A DNA stretch of 64,000 nt from positions 498,499,675-498,563,674 of the forward strand of contig NC_133618.1 in NCBI RefSeq assembly GCF_048593235.1. The letters run 5' to 3'. The stretch is from Sminthopsis crassicaudata. Lineage: Eukaryota. The notes under the pieces were generated by a model. The model saw only the letters and a program-made list of their open reading frames with translations, had not been told where the DNA came from and did no database searches. Made by a program: the position numbers and the translations under genes. Shown in pieces: positions 25,174 through 36,700 of this stretch; position 1 is the stretch's first letter, and each line of letters opens with the position of its first letter.

Positions 25174-25965
25174 CTGAGAAGTAGAACAGTCATCATGGCA
25201 GGAAGACTGTCCTTGCCTGTGACCAGCATCCCCCTGAACACCCCCAGAAGCATGGCCACAGGCTGTTTCCCATCTCTCCCAATCCCACACTCTGAGCAAG
25301 GTCTCCTGAGAGAATGCAGGATGCAGAGAGGGGCAATGCAGCCCAAAGACTCTGAAGCTGGGAGAGGAGGGGGTCCTTCCTGGCAGCCAATAATCTGAAC
25401 ATAGATAGAGCTTGGCACCCTTCTCCAGCAGCAAGACTGTCTGAACAAGAGCTGGGAGTGTTAATGGAATCGAACTTAGCAGGAGGCGACCATGATGTGT
25501 GGCGGCCAAAAAAGTTAGCCTAATTTAAGGCTGTTTCCAGAAAGGAATCCACGGTTCAGGCCTTGAGGTATTCATCCTACTTAGCCCGCCTCCAGAAGCA
25601 CCAGATTTTAGAAAGAATAAGGTAGAGAGCATCCAGAGAAGGATAACCAGAATGGTGAAGGGACTGAAAATACTGAGCAAAGGCCTCAGAGAGGGCATGA
25701 TGGGTATCATGGGAAAGCGGCTCGCTGGACTTGAGCTAGTGGGCTCCCAGAAGCAGAACAAGCCCAGGGGAGCTTCAAAGAGATGAATTTGGGCTTCAGG
25801 TTGAAAGTTCCTGACAATTCACCATCCCCAAAATGGACCTGGCAGCCTCAGCGGGGAGCAAGTCAGACAAAGCTAGAAGGAGCACTAGTTGGAGATTCTT
25901 GTGTAGGACAGAGCTGGACCAGATGGACTCAGAGGTTATTTCAATTCAGGGATCCTGATACTCAC

Positions 25966-26024
25966 GCTCTTCTTTTTCTGTGGTCAGGCCAGTCTCCTCC
26001 TTGGAGTCTTTGGGATCTTCCACA
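25966..26024 (-). CDS. CIZ1: CIZ1 exon 8-equivalent, 59-nt micro-exon
   Basis: ctccctttcctcccag| acceptor and C|GTGAGT donor; (S)VEDPKDSKEETGLTTEKEE resembles the human exon 8 start SSEEPTEKEPP. Read-through past the donor hits TGA within 6 codons. Confidence 0.78.
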
Positions 26025-26745
26025 CTGGGAGGAAAGGGAGGACAGTGTTGGGCCCACCAGAACAAACAACTTTGGGGGGGGAGAGAAGGGCACTAGGCTC
26101 AAGATTTCCAGGGTCCTGGAGAGATCACCAGTCAATTCCTTATCCTTGGTAGAAGACCAAATCAACATTATATCTAAGAAAATCAGTCTTCCAGAAGAGA
26201 AAAGTTTACACTTTCCTCTGGCCACCCATCTTGGAATTTATAAATAGCCTTGTTAAAAAAAATCCTCTTCATAGCCAATCTAAATTCTTCCATTGCTATT
26301 CGGAAATTGATTTTTTCAAAAATTCACTTTATTCTTATTTTAGCCCACCATGGAATCCTAGCCTATGCCATTTCAGAGCAGTACCCTTTTTATTTATTCA
26401 ATGTCAGAGGTCTGAGAAATAAAGGATCAGTTCGGTTCAGGGTTCCTTTTCCTAAAAATTCTGAACTTTCTTCTATCCCATCTTAAATCCTAAAGTCAAC
26501 CCTTTTTTGCCCCAATATTTGAGCTATGAGAGGCTGCACTGACCCCTCTTGGCCACTAGGCGGGAGCTAGACACCAGCTCAAAGAAGCCAAGGCCATATC
26601 ATAACCCGACCAAAAGCAGGTTGCCAGCTCTCTTGTTCTGGTCCAAAGGGATAGGACTAGGCTGAATACCCCTCCCTTATTATTCCAATCCCATCTGCCC
26701 TCGGGAGAAGAGAGCAGTCAATCTGATGATTTGAGCATGTGTTAC

Positions 26746-26821
26746 CTCTTGAGTCTCTTGGCCAGAGGCTCTGAGCTACCATCATCACTGAGATCATGGG
26801 GAGTCTGGGGAGTCTGTGGAT
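26746..26821 (-). CDS. CIZ1: CIZ1 exon (7-equivalent)
   Basis: (D)PQTPQTPHDLSDDGSSEPLAKRLK(S), compared with human ..EASELPAKRLRS; 76 nt. Confidence 0.85.
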
Positions 26822-27027
26822 CTGTGGAAGAAAGGGCCAGAGCCATGGGGTGGGTTGGAGAGGTAGAGCTCAACAAGGTAATCAAGTTACTTAGTCAATA
26901 AATATTTCCTGGGAAAGTATCTACTGTGCACCAGCTATCTGGCGCTAGACTCTGTGAGAAATCCAGATGGGTATCATGGCAGTCTTTGCCCAAAAGAAAG
27001 AAAAGAATGTCAATGAAACATTGTTTA

Positions 27028-27030
<3 letters not shown>

Positions 27031-27072
<42 letters not shown>
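27031..27072 (+). repeat. (AC)21 microsatellite
   Basis: Read directly. Confidence 0.95.
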
Positions 27073-27074
<2 letters not shown>

Positions 27075-27180
27075 AAGCAGAAGGATGTTGTGAAGGACAC
27101 AAAGACAAGTAGGGAAGTGTTGGCATTCCCATAATAAATTCAATATATACATTAAAAATTTTTTTCTTAAAAAAATACAA

Positions 27181-27320
27181 GGGGTAGCTAGATGGTGCAG
27201 TGGATAGAGCACCAGCCCTTAAGTCAGGACCTGAGTTCAAATATGACCTCAGGCACTTAACACTTTCTAGCTGTGTGATTCTGGGCAAGTCACTTAACCC
27301 CAACAGCCTCAACAAAAAAA
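27181..27320 (+). mobile_element. Short CORE-SINE (WSINE1-like)
   Basis: ggggtagctagatggtgcagtggatagagc...gggcaagtcacttaacccc plus A-rich tail. Confidence 0.85.
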
Positions 27321-27947
27321 AACCCAAAACCTCAAAAAAGAAACAAAAACCCTACAAAATTAGAGTTATACTATCATGCAGCCCTGTGTTTTGCTCTTTG
27401 TATATAGAAATGTTTGTGTTTATTGACATTTATCAAGTTAATTTTTTTAAGGGCAATCTTTTCTCTTAATGTTTGTGTTTGTAAAACAAAACCGATCAAC
27501 CATACAAAGTAGAGGTTTATTCAATTATCTCTTGGTTGCAGGACATCTGATTTAGTAACTGTTATTACCTTAGGATTCTGAATCTTGAGATCATAGATTT
27601 AGAACTAGAAAGGGCCTAAGAGATCAGCTAGTCTAAATCTTTCATTTTGGGGGTGAGGAAACATGCACAAAGATGTGAATCAATTGGTCCCAGGACTTTG
27701 AAGAGTTAATAGCAAAGCTAGTGTTCTAAGCCAAGTCCTACATATCTACTGTATAGTATGTCCTTTCAAACTCAGGGGTAGGTGCTGGACTAGGTAATGA
27801 GCTCCTCAAAGTTAGAGGTGCTACTTTATTCGTCATAGGGCTCCTATGCTCATCGCAGGGCATTATATATAGCAAGCATTTAATAAATGTTTGGAATCTA
27901 CTGGTGTAAGATGCTTTTGCTAGGAAGGCTGCTACCTCCCTCCTTAC

Positions 27948-28083
27948 CTTCTGGCAAGGTCGCCTGGGAGTCAGCCTCCTCCTGGGAGGACTCTGGAACA
28001 TCTATCTTCTCATCCTCACTGGGTGTCTGTGATGAGGAGCCCAACTCTGAATCTTTCTTCTGGTCAGGACCCTTCGGGGATTC
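27948..28083 (-). CDS. CIZ1: CIZ1 exon (6-equivalent)
   Basis: ESPKGPDQKKDSELGSSSQTPSEDEKIDVPESSQEEADSQATLPE contains SSSQT as in human DSSSQT; G|GTAAGG donor; 136 nt. Confidence 0.87.
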
Positions 28084-29325
28084 CTAGAAGCAATTACTCA
28101 GCCTTAAAAATAGCTGCTTGCCCAGTACCAACAATATGACCTGGGCAAGGGAAGAAAACAGCCCTGAACAACTAATTCTTGGCAGCTAAGTAGCAAAGTG
28201 GATAGATTATTGAACTTAGACTAGGAAAACCTGAATTCAAATCTGACCTCAGATGCTAATTGGCAATGTGATCCTGGGCAAGACACTTAAACTCTCTTAC
28301 TCTCAGATTCCTCAACTGTAAAGTGGGGATAATAAATAGCACTCAGCTTACAATGTTATTGTAAAGATCAAATAAGAAAATATATTAAAGTGCTATATAA
28401 ATGCTATTACTATTATATATCATTATAATGTATAGCATGTTATTATATATAAGCATATTTATTGTTATTATTATTAATCTTATAGGACTCTGACATACCT
28501 CTTCCTCAGAAGGTCTCAGGAAAGACAGAATCTTACAATTTCTAAAACTTAGACTGCCCATGATTTACATAGAAATATTTGTATGACAACATGTTATATA
28601 TAACCTATATCAAATTGCTTTCCTTCTCAATGAGAAAAAAGGGGAAGGAGGGAGAGAATCTGGAACTTAAACTTTGGAAAGGGAATGTTGAAATGGTTTT
28701 TACATGTAACTGAAGAATAAAATATTACATGAAAAATAAATAAATAAAAAATAAAAACCTAGGCTGCCCAAGATCCAGGCTGAGTGGAAAAGGTCTATAC
28801 TTTATCCTACATGAAGGGCAGAGACTAGAATTTGCTCCACAGCCTTCTGCTCCTCCTCTTTCTCTCCAACCTTCTTCACTTCCTAACCACTTCCTCACCA
28901 TTCCCTTCCAATGGCTCCTTTTTGATATGGCAAAAACTAAAGGCTCTGCCCTTGCTCTAGTCATGTATGGAGCAGGGATTTCCCTTTTAAGAGCTCTGCT
29001 GTACAAGGGAACACCTTGTCCTGGCTCATCTTAAGCTAAATCTCTAGGAGCAGGCTGTTAGAAACCTTTTCCATCATATATCTCTGAGTCCTAGGAGTCA
29101 GGATTCCAGTCCAGGGACTTCTGGGACAATGGAGTCCAACTTTCTCATTTTACAAAAGTTAAAACTGAGGCCTAGAGAGAAATGACTCAGTTCCTGGTAG
29201 ATCCAGAAACTCAAATGGCTTTACTCTCAGCTCAGTGTTCTCTTCCACTAGTAGGCATATACACTTGTGTCCCCAGCCCTCCAGGGGAAGGACTGCCCAA
29301 CACCACATCCCTGGCCTCTGCTTAC

Positions 29326-29483
29326 CTTTCGATAGCCCCGGTTCTGCCTCTGGAAAGGAAGCCCTGGGAAGCCTATGCAGGCGGGTTTGAGTGAGACACT
29401 GACGGGTGGAGGGCCTAGGAGGGAGTGTCGAGTAGCCTGGGGGAAGAAATGCTGAAGGCCAGGAGCGGTCAAGTTGAATCTGC
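29326..29483 (-). CDS. CIZ1: CIZ1 exon (5-equivalent); alternative start at 29486 via NAGNAG
   Basis: (G)RFNLTAPGLQHFFPQATRHSLLGPPPVSVSLKP...RK, compared with human LQQFFPQATRQSLLGPPPVGV; AAG|GTAAGC donor. Confidence 0.92.
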
Positions 29484-29727
29484 CTGCTGACAGAAAGGAA
29501 TCACAACCATAATTTAGGGAGACCAGGGTCTAAGAATCAGGCTCCCTGAAGGATGGGGATCCAGGACAGGCTTTTACTAGAGGCCAAGAATAAATCACTC
29601 AGATTCAATTCCTGTCCCCTGCGTGAGTCCCTCTTGTGACCAGGGCAAAAATAGTACACTACAAGTTTCTTGAAGGGTGAAAAAATAAGGAAAGAAAGAT
29701 GAAAAAGACTGAGGAGGCACTTTAAGG

Positions 29728-29897
29728 CAAAACTGCTTAAACTATGGTTCACGACCCCACATGGGGTTTTGTAACTGAATGTGGGGGTTGTGAAATTATG
29801 ATTTATGATCAGTAAATGTATGATTTGTATATCTATTATATCTAGCCATGTCTTGGGCAAAAAGGGATCACCAGTGGAAAAGGTTTAAGAAGCCCTA
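29728..29897. mobile_element. hAT/Charlie-type MITE (old)
   Basis: Degenerate terminal inverted repeats (..gcttaaact / aggtttaagaagccct) and a typical MER-like interior. Confidence 0.5.
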
Positions 29898-32083
29898 CTC
29901 TCAAGAATACAAGTAAAACCTGCATGGTGGTGCTGAGAGATCTGTGGATTGGCTCTACAACTGTAACTCTGCTAGGAAAGAAGCCACCCCTTCCACTTGC
30001 TGTCCAGTCATCTTTCTCTTAGCTATCCTAGGATAGCTCCCAAAAGCAGTTACTAAGTGACTTAACCCTGTGCCTGGAACAAAAATATTAAAAAGTCTTG
30101 CACACTAGGAGCTTTCTATCCCTAGTGATACTGAGGGAGTTACTTGCTACAGAGGCTTGTACATAGCAGTCTCATAAGAGAGATTTGTTGAAAGAATGAG
30201 ACATTCTTGTCTCCTCTATCACAAAAACACTCTGTGATCTTGTGGAAGTCACTCCCCATCTCAGAGGCCCAGTAACTATTTCTATAAAATGAGGAGGCTG
30301 AGGCAGATGATTCCGTCCAGCTCTACCATTCTTAGGGTGCAGAATTCCATGCGTGGGTTAGAAATTCCAGCTGGTCAGACACAGGCTTACCTTCCTCCGC
30401 CTTTTGTCACAGTCAATGGGTCACAGCTACACCCTGAATTTTTCATGCAGGTGTTGAAGTACACTAGGAACAGGTCACCCAGAGATCAACTTCTCAGATG
30501 GCAAGTTTCCTTCTCCACTCCCCTCCCACAGGCCAGAATTGATGAATGTAAGAGAAAACTGAGTATGAGGCGTAGACGCTGCTAAGCTCACTCCTAGACA
30601 GCTACTTGGATACAGCGCAGGCAGAGGATCAGGAAGACAAGAGTTCAAATTCAGTCTCAAATGCTTAACTAGTTGTGGGATACTAGGCAAATCACTTAAC
30701 TTCTGTCTGCCTCAATTTCCTCACTTGTAAAACGTGGATCATAACCTTCATTCCAGAGTTATTGTGAGGATCACATGAGATGATATTTGTAAAGGCACTC
30801 AATACTTACCTGACTGTAGCAGATATTTAATATATGCTTATTCTCTTTCTTCTCTTTCCTCTCTCCTGACTTCTCTACCCCCTGCCTCCTCCAGTTTCTG
30901 GAAGGCAACTATTAGGAGTTCTCCTATCTCAGTGAAAAGGACAGAGAGGGAAGGATAAGCAAGGCACAGGATGAGGCAACATGAGAAACAACTGACTCAA
31001 GAGTCTCTTGTTGAGTCTTGGCCAAAGGAACATTCAGTTTTTCCAAGGGATTTTGCCCTAAACGTGTTAACATACTATTAGGATCTCATGTAAATAAAAA
31101 GCTTTGCAAACTTTAATGCACTTAAAAAATGTCAATTCTTCTTGTTATATTCGTGACCAATTCAGGTCCCATGCATCTTTGCTCCTCTAGGCTCCCCCCC
31201 CCCCCCACCACACTGCTGACACTCTTCCCCTATCCTTTTTCATTTCCACTTCTGCCCAGCTATTCTTTCCTCTTAAGGGTTTTTTGTTTGTTTGTTTGTT
31301 TTTTACCCCTCTGCATTCTAGAGTTTTGTTTTTCTGTCTTTTGTTTTTCTACCACTCTTCTACCTTGTTGGATTCCATATCCCACTCACCCCAATTCCCT
31401 GCCCTAAGTTTTGGGTCCCACCAAAGCTCTCCCTGTTTCCTTCTACTTCTCTTTCTTGGACCCAGCAGTTTGCATGGGTTCAATGATGATCTCTGTACTG
31501 ATGGGTCCCAGCCCTAGTCTCCACATATTAGCACTTCTCTTTATATATATCTTTGGGCCTAATCTCTCTATCCACTGCGTCACCTAGCTGCCCCTGGGCC
31601 TAATCTCAAATCACAAATACTTTAAGGCTGTAGTGTTTTAGAGCTCTAAGAAGAAACCTTAGAGACCAATGAGTCTGACCCCTTCATTTTGCAGATAAGA
31701 AAACTAGGCTAGAGAAGTAACCTGTCCACAGTCACAAAAGAAGGCATTAAGTGGCAGAGCCAGGATTGGAACACAAACCCTTTGCCTCCAACTACAATGC
31801 TTTTTCCATGATACTATGCTATTCTAACTGGATGTCTCATGTTCCTTAGGCATCTCAAACTTGACAGGTCTAAAACAATTCTATATTCCTCTCAAACCAA
31901 CCCCTCTTCTTAACTTTCCTATTTCTGTTGATGGCAATGCCAATCCTTTCAGCCATCCAGATTTACCTTGAGGTCAACTATGAGTCTTCCCCTCTCATTG
32001 TCCAGATAGAATTCATTACCACGTCTTATCTAAGATAACCTCTTCAAATGTTTCCGTCTATAAAGTCAGCACTTAATCTAGGT

Positions 32084-32248
32084 CAGTGGTCCTCAAACTT
32101 TTTAAATACGGATGCAGTTCACTGTCTCTCAGACTGTTGGGAGGGCTGGACTATAGTAAAAACAAAACCTCACACTCTGTCTCCGCGGGCCACATAAAGC
32201 CCTCAGTGGGCCATATCTGGCCCTTGGCCAGTAGTTTGAAAACCCCTG
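32084..32248 (+). mobile_element. OC1 (OposCharlie1)-like hAT MITE, 165 bp
   Basis: TIRs CAGTGGTCCTCAAACT / AGTTTGAAAACCCCTG; interior aaacttttta..cagttcactgtc.ctcagactgttgg.agggc.ggactatagtaaaaac matches recalled OC1; flanks atctaggt / at--aggt. Confidence 0.72.
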
Positions 32249-34829
32249 ATAGGTCTTCTTAACTTCTGCTCTATATTTCAGTAGCTTCATTTGCTCTTTC
32301 TATATTCAGGTTTTATCCTTTTTCTTCTTCTCACTTTCTATTCCCCATCATGTTGCAAAGAGCTAGAAAATCTGTATTTCTAAGGCACAGTTCCAAATCT
32401 ATCACCCCCTGGTCAAAAAAGTCCATTGGTGTCTTGTTGAATTGAGAATAAAATTCAAACTCTCGCAGTTTGAAGCTAAATGCTTTTTTACAATCTAGCT
32501 TAGGTCGACCTTTCAGACTTGTTGTAGGTTCCTTCCTTTCATGCATTCTCCATTTCAGCCCATCTCATTGCCCCCTATATTGCCATTCTGTCCCCAAGAT
32601 CCCTGCCTCTGGATGGTTGTCACTCCTGATTTTCTCTTTTTAGAATATTTGGTTTCCCTTAAAGCTCAAATGTCACCCTGCCTTCTACTTCCAGCAGCTC
32701 TTCCCTGAGGGACCTACTTTTCCCAGATCCTTAGAATTCTTATTTATCAATTATGTATTTACTTTTCAATAGCAAGTTTCCTTTTTGGTTTTTTTTATCT
32801 GGTGCTTAGCAAAGTGATTGATAGGCTCTCAAGAAATGCTTTTTGACAGGAAGGCAATTAAGTGCTTACTACTCTGGGCTCTGGGCTAAGAATGAGGGAT
32901 AAAAATATAGACCCAAAAAAAAAAAAAAAAAAAAATCCCTGACTTCAAGGAGCTTACATTCTAGTGGAAGGTCACCAGAAAGCTGGGGAATGTGGAGGGG
33001 CATAGGAAGTACCTCATCTATACAGGAGGGATGGCAAAGCCCAGGTCTCTGAAAGTCCCAAGGATAGCTGAAAAGGTAAAGAAGCATAGATCAGCTCCCC
33101 CAAAGGCAGCACAATAGTAAGGGATATTGCTTGCCAAATACAGGCCGGGATTTGTGCCTTCAACAAATAAGTTCAATTGAACAATACCTTATTAAGCACC
33201 TCTATAATTCAGCCAAACTGGTCCTTTTGTTCCTCACACAAAACATTTCATTTCCCATCTCTATGCCTTTGCCTTGGTCTCTTCCCTTGTTGGAATGCAT
33301 TGCCTTCTTATTCCTGTTCCTTAAAATCTCTTGTTTCACATTTTAAAACTCATCTAAAGTAACTGCTCCTACATCTGGGGTGTTTAATGTGGGATCTCTA
33401 AATTTTGTTGATTAAATTTTTTCAGAAGTGTACTTTGATGAAATTAGTTTCCTTTGTAGTCTAAGGCATTTTATTACATTCATCTAAAAATACTTCTGAG
33501 AAGGGGACCACAGGTTTTATCTGACTGCCAAAGAGAATACATGATACACATAAAAAAGATGAAAAATTCTATTTTATTTGAAAACTTTGATTTATCCTCA
33601 TAGCTACTGACCTTCCCTAAACAAATTTACCTTACATTTATTTTGTATGTGTATGTATGTTGCTCCTTATAGAATTGCTTCTTGGAGATTGAGACTGTTT
33701 CTTTCTTGTCTTTTTATTTTTGGTGCTTGGCACATATCAAATCTTAATAAATGTTGATACAGCATTATAATAGTGCTGGGGACATACAAAATTCAAATAA
33801 GACATTCCCAAGTAGGGGAATATGGGGCATACATAGATAAAATGCAAAATAATACATAAAAGATACAATAGAGAAGTGCAAAGCTAAATGATTTGTGAGA
33901 CCCAAAGGGTAAAGGTCATTACAGAAAGAATGGCATACAAACTAAGAATTAAAGCATAAGCCCCTAGGACATCTAGCACAAGGCAAGACATAGCAGATTT
34001 TTTTCTGAGAGCTTCTTAAGTGCCAAACCTACAGGGTTTGATAATAAAAACATAAGACAACAATTTTAAAAGTACAGCCTGTTTTTGCTAGTCACTAACT
34101 CATTAAATTCGTGCACTTTCACCTATTTATCACAGTTGAAGACTTGATATCAAAGGCTTATCAAAGCACCAGACACTAACCACTAGGATTAGACCCCAAA
34201 TTCCATGCTTGAAAAACAAAATTAGATCTCCTAAAAGCCCTTCAGAAAATAACAATAATGCTAAGTTAACTGTGATATGTGAACAAATGAAATATTTCCG
34301 TGTCTTAAGAAACAAAAAATATTAAAAATATGGCAAAATATGAACATATTGCAAAAAACTAAGCAGATCCAAGAAAATAATATAAACAATGATTCCAACA
34401 ATGTAAAAGAAAAAAACAAAAAAAAAAATAATAAATCACATAACTGGAGTGATCAAGTTTGGCCCATAAGAGATAAAAATAGATACCTCCCTTTGGTCAT
34501 TAGGGAGGTGAGGACTATGGATTCCCAGTGCATATCCTATCAGATTCAGTTGATGTGGTGACTTTTATGCAACTGTCTTGTTTTCTTTTATAAGCTTCTT
34601 ATTAATTTTTTTGTTGCCAAAAATGCTTTCTGGGGTAGGGATAGGGAAGGATATATTTGGAAATGAAGGTCATGTAAAAACAAAAGAGAGAAATAATAAA
34701 AATTTTAAGGATAAAATATACTCGCATTTACATAGTACTTTAAGGTTTGCAAAGAACTTCCCTTATAGTAACACTATGAAGAAGATATTAACTTCATTTT
34801 ACAAAGGAAAAAAATTATAGAAATAAATC

Positions 34830-36700
34830 AACCTTCCCTTAATATAGTAAATAGTATTCTTTAAGTCCAAGAATAAACATATATGCAATGGAAAAAGATT
34901 AGAGGTTTTTCCAGTTAGACCAGAGGTAAAGTAAGGATGCCCATTATCATCACTACTATTTAGCATAGTGATAAAAATACTGACTATAGCAGTAAGACAA
35001 GTAAAAGAAATTAAAGAAACATGACAATAAGGGAATAGGCAAAGAAAAAATAAAATTGTCACTTTTGCAATTGATATGATTCTATATTTAGAGAACACGT
35101 AAGAGTTAATTGAAAATTAACAGAAATAATCTTTGGAAAATTTGTAGGATATAAGAAATCCATATAAATCATAATATTTATAACATAATAATATTTATAA
35201 CTAACTAAACTCAGTGGAAAGAGTTTCCATTCAAATTAAATACAGAAGCTATATAATTGGAAGTATATTTACTAAGATTCACTCAAGTTTATATGAATCT
35301 ATCTGCAAAACAACCTTTGCAGAAATACAAACACAAAGAAACTAATTGCTCAGACAGACTATGCAACATAATAAAAATGAGAATACTAAACAAATTATTT
35401 CCCATATTGAAACTCCCAAAAGAATATTTTATAGAGCAAAAAAATAATAATAATAATGAATTCATACAGAGGAACAAAAGGTCAAGAATCTCCAGGGTAA
35501 TTAAAAACAAATGGAAAGAAATGGGATCTACCAGTACCAGATCTTAAACTAGACTACAACAAAGTAATAATCATTAAAATCATTTGAACTTGGTTAAAAA
35601 AAAGAAAGATGTAGGTCAATGGGGCAAATGAAATATAAAATTACAAAAGCAAAGGAACCGAGTAGCTTAGTGTTCAATAAACTCAAAGATCCCAGCAAAT
35701 AGGATAAGGACTCACTATTTCTTAAAAAATTTGGGAAAACTGAACAGCAATTAGGCAGAAATTAGGCTTAGACTAGCACTTTACACCATATACCATGATA
35801 AACTCTACATGAATACATAACATACATAGATATGAAAGGTCACTTCATAAACAAATTAGATGAACAAAGAAGAAGTTAACTTTTTGGATCTATAGTGAGG
35901 GGAGTTCATGACCAAGCAAGGGTAGAAAGGATCACAGAAGATAAAAATGAACAATTTTAAGTACACAAAAAAAATATAATCTAGCTAAGATTGGAAGAAA
36001 AAAAATTTTAAGCGTTTCTCTGAAAATGATTTTCTCATTCTGAAATTACAGAAGGAATGGATTCAAATGCCTAAGGCTAAGATGGTCAGAAGATATGAGC
36101 AAGTAGTTCTCAAAGAAGCTATTTATAGCTATATTTTAAAAAATTAATTCAAATGACTAATAGTAAGAGTAAAGCAATCCTTAGGTTCTATTCTGCACCC
36201 ACCAGATTGGCAAAGTCAGAAAGAAAAATGATAAATGTTGGAGGGAAAACAGGCACATTTTTGCACTGTTTCAGGAGCTATGAATTAGTCCAGTCATTCT
36301 GAAAAGAAATTTGGAACTACTCCCCAAAACTACTAAGCTGTACCCACCTTTTGACTCAGCAATGTCACTACCACATCCATATTACAAAAAGACAAAAGAA
36401 AAAGGGTCCTATGTGTATTAAAATATGTCAGCTTCTTTTGTGATAGCCAAACACTGAAAACTAAGGCGGCTTTCTTTTATTGGGAAACAGCTAAACAAAC
36501 TATGGTATAGGAATAAAACGGAATATTATTGTGCTACAAGAAATGAAGAAATGGACAACTTCAGAGGAAACTAGAAAGACTTCCATGAAGTAAACATAAC
36601 TAGAACAACCTAGTATCTAGTAATAACAACACTTATGAAGAAAAACAACTTTGAAAGACTTGAGAACTCTGAATAACACCATGAGTACAAAAGAATAAGG
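34830..36700 (+). mobile_element. Old degraded L1 ORF2 remnant in the CIZ1 intron
   Basis: Fragments translate to ORF2-like NIIKMRIL..ILKLPKEYF..FIQRNKRSRI with many stops and frameshifts. Confidence 0.8.

Noticed and set aside
25174-25520. Several overlapping ORFs of 69-137 aa near CIZ1 exon 9
   Set aside because: Only 25100-25173 fits the required splice phases. The upstream acceptor near 25305 gives a stop in the needed frame.
26804-26821. Tandem CAG acceptors at +8 and +17 in CIZ1 exon 7
   Set aside because: They are by-products of the PQT-PQT coding repeat, lack their own pyrimidine tract, and both would frameshift.
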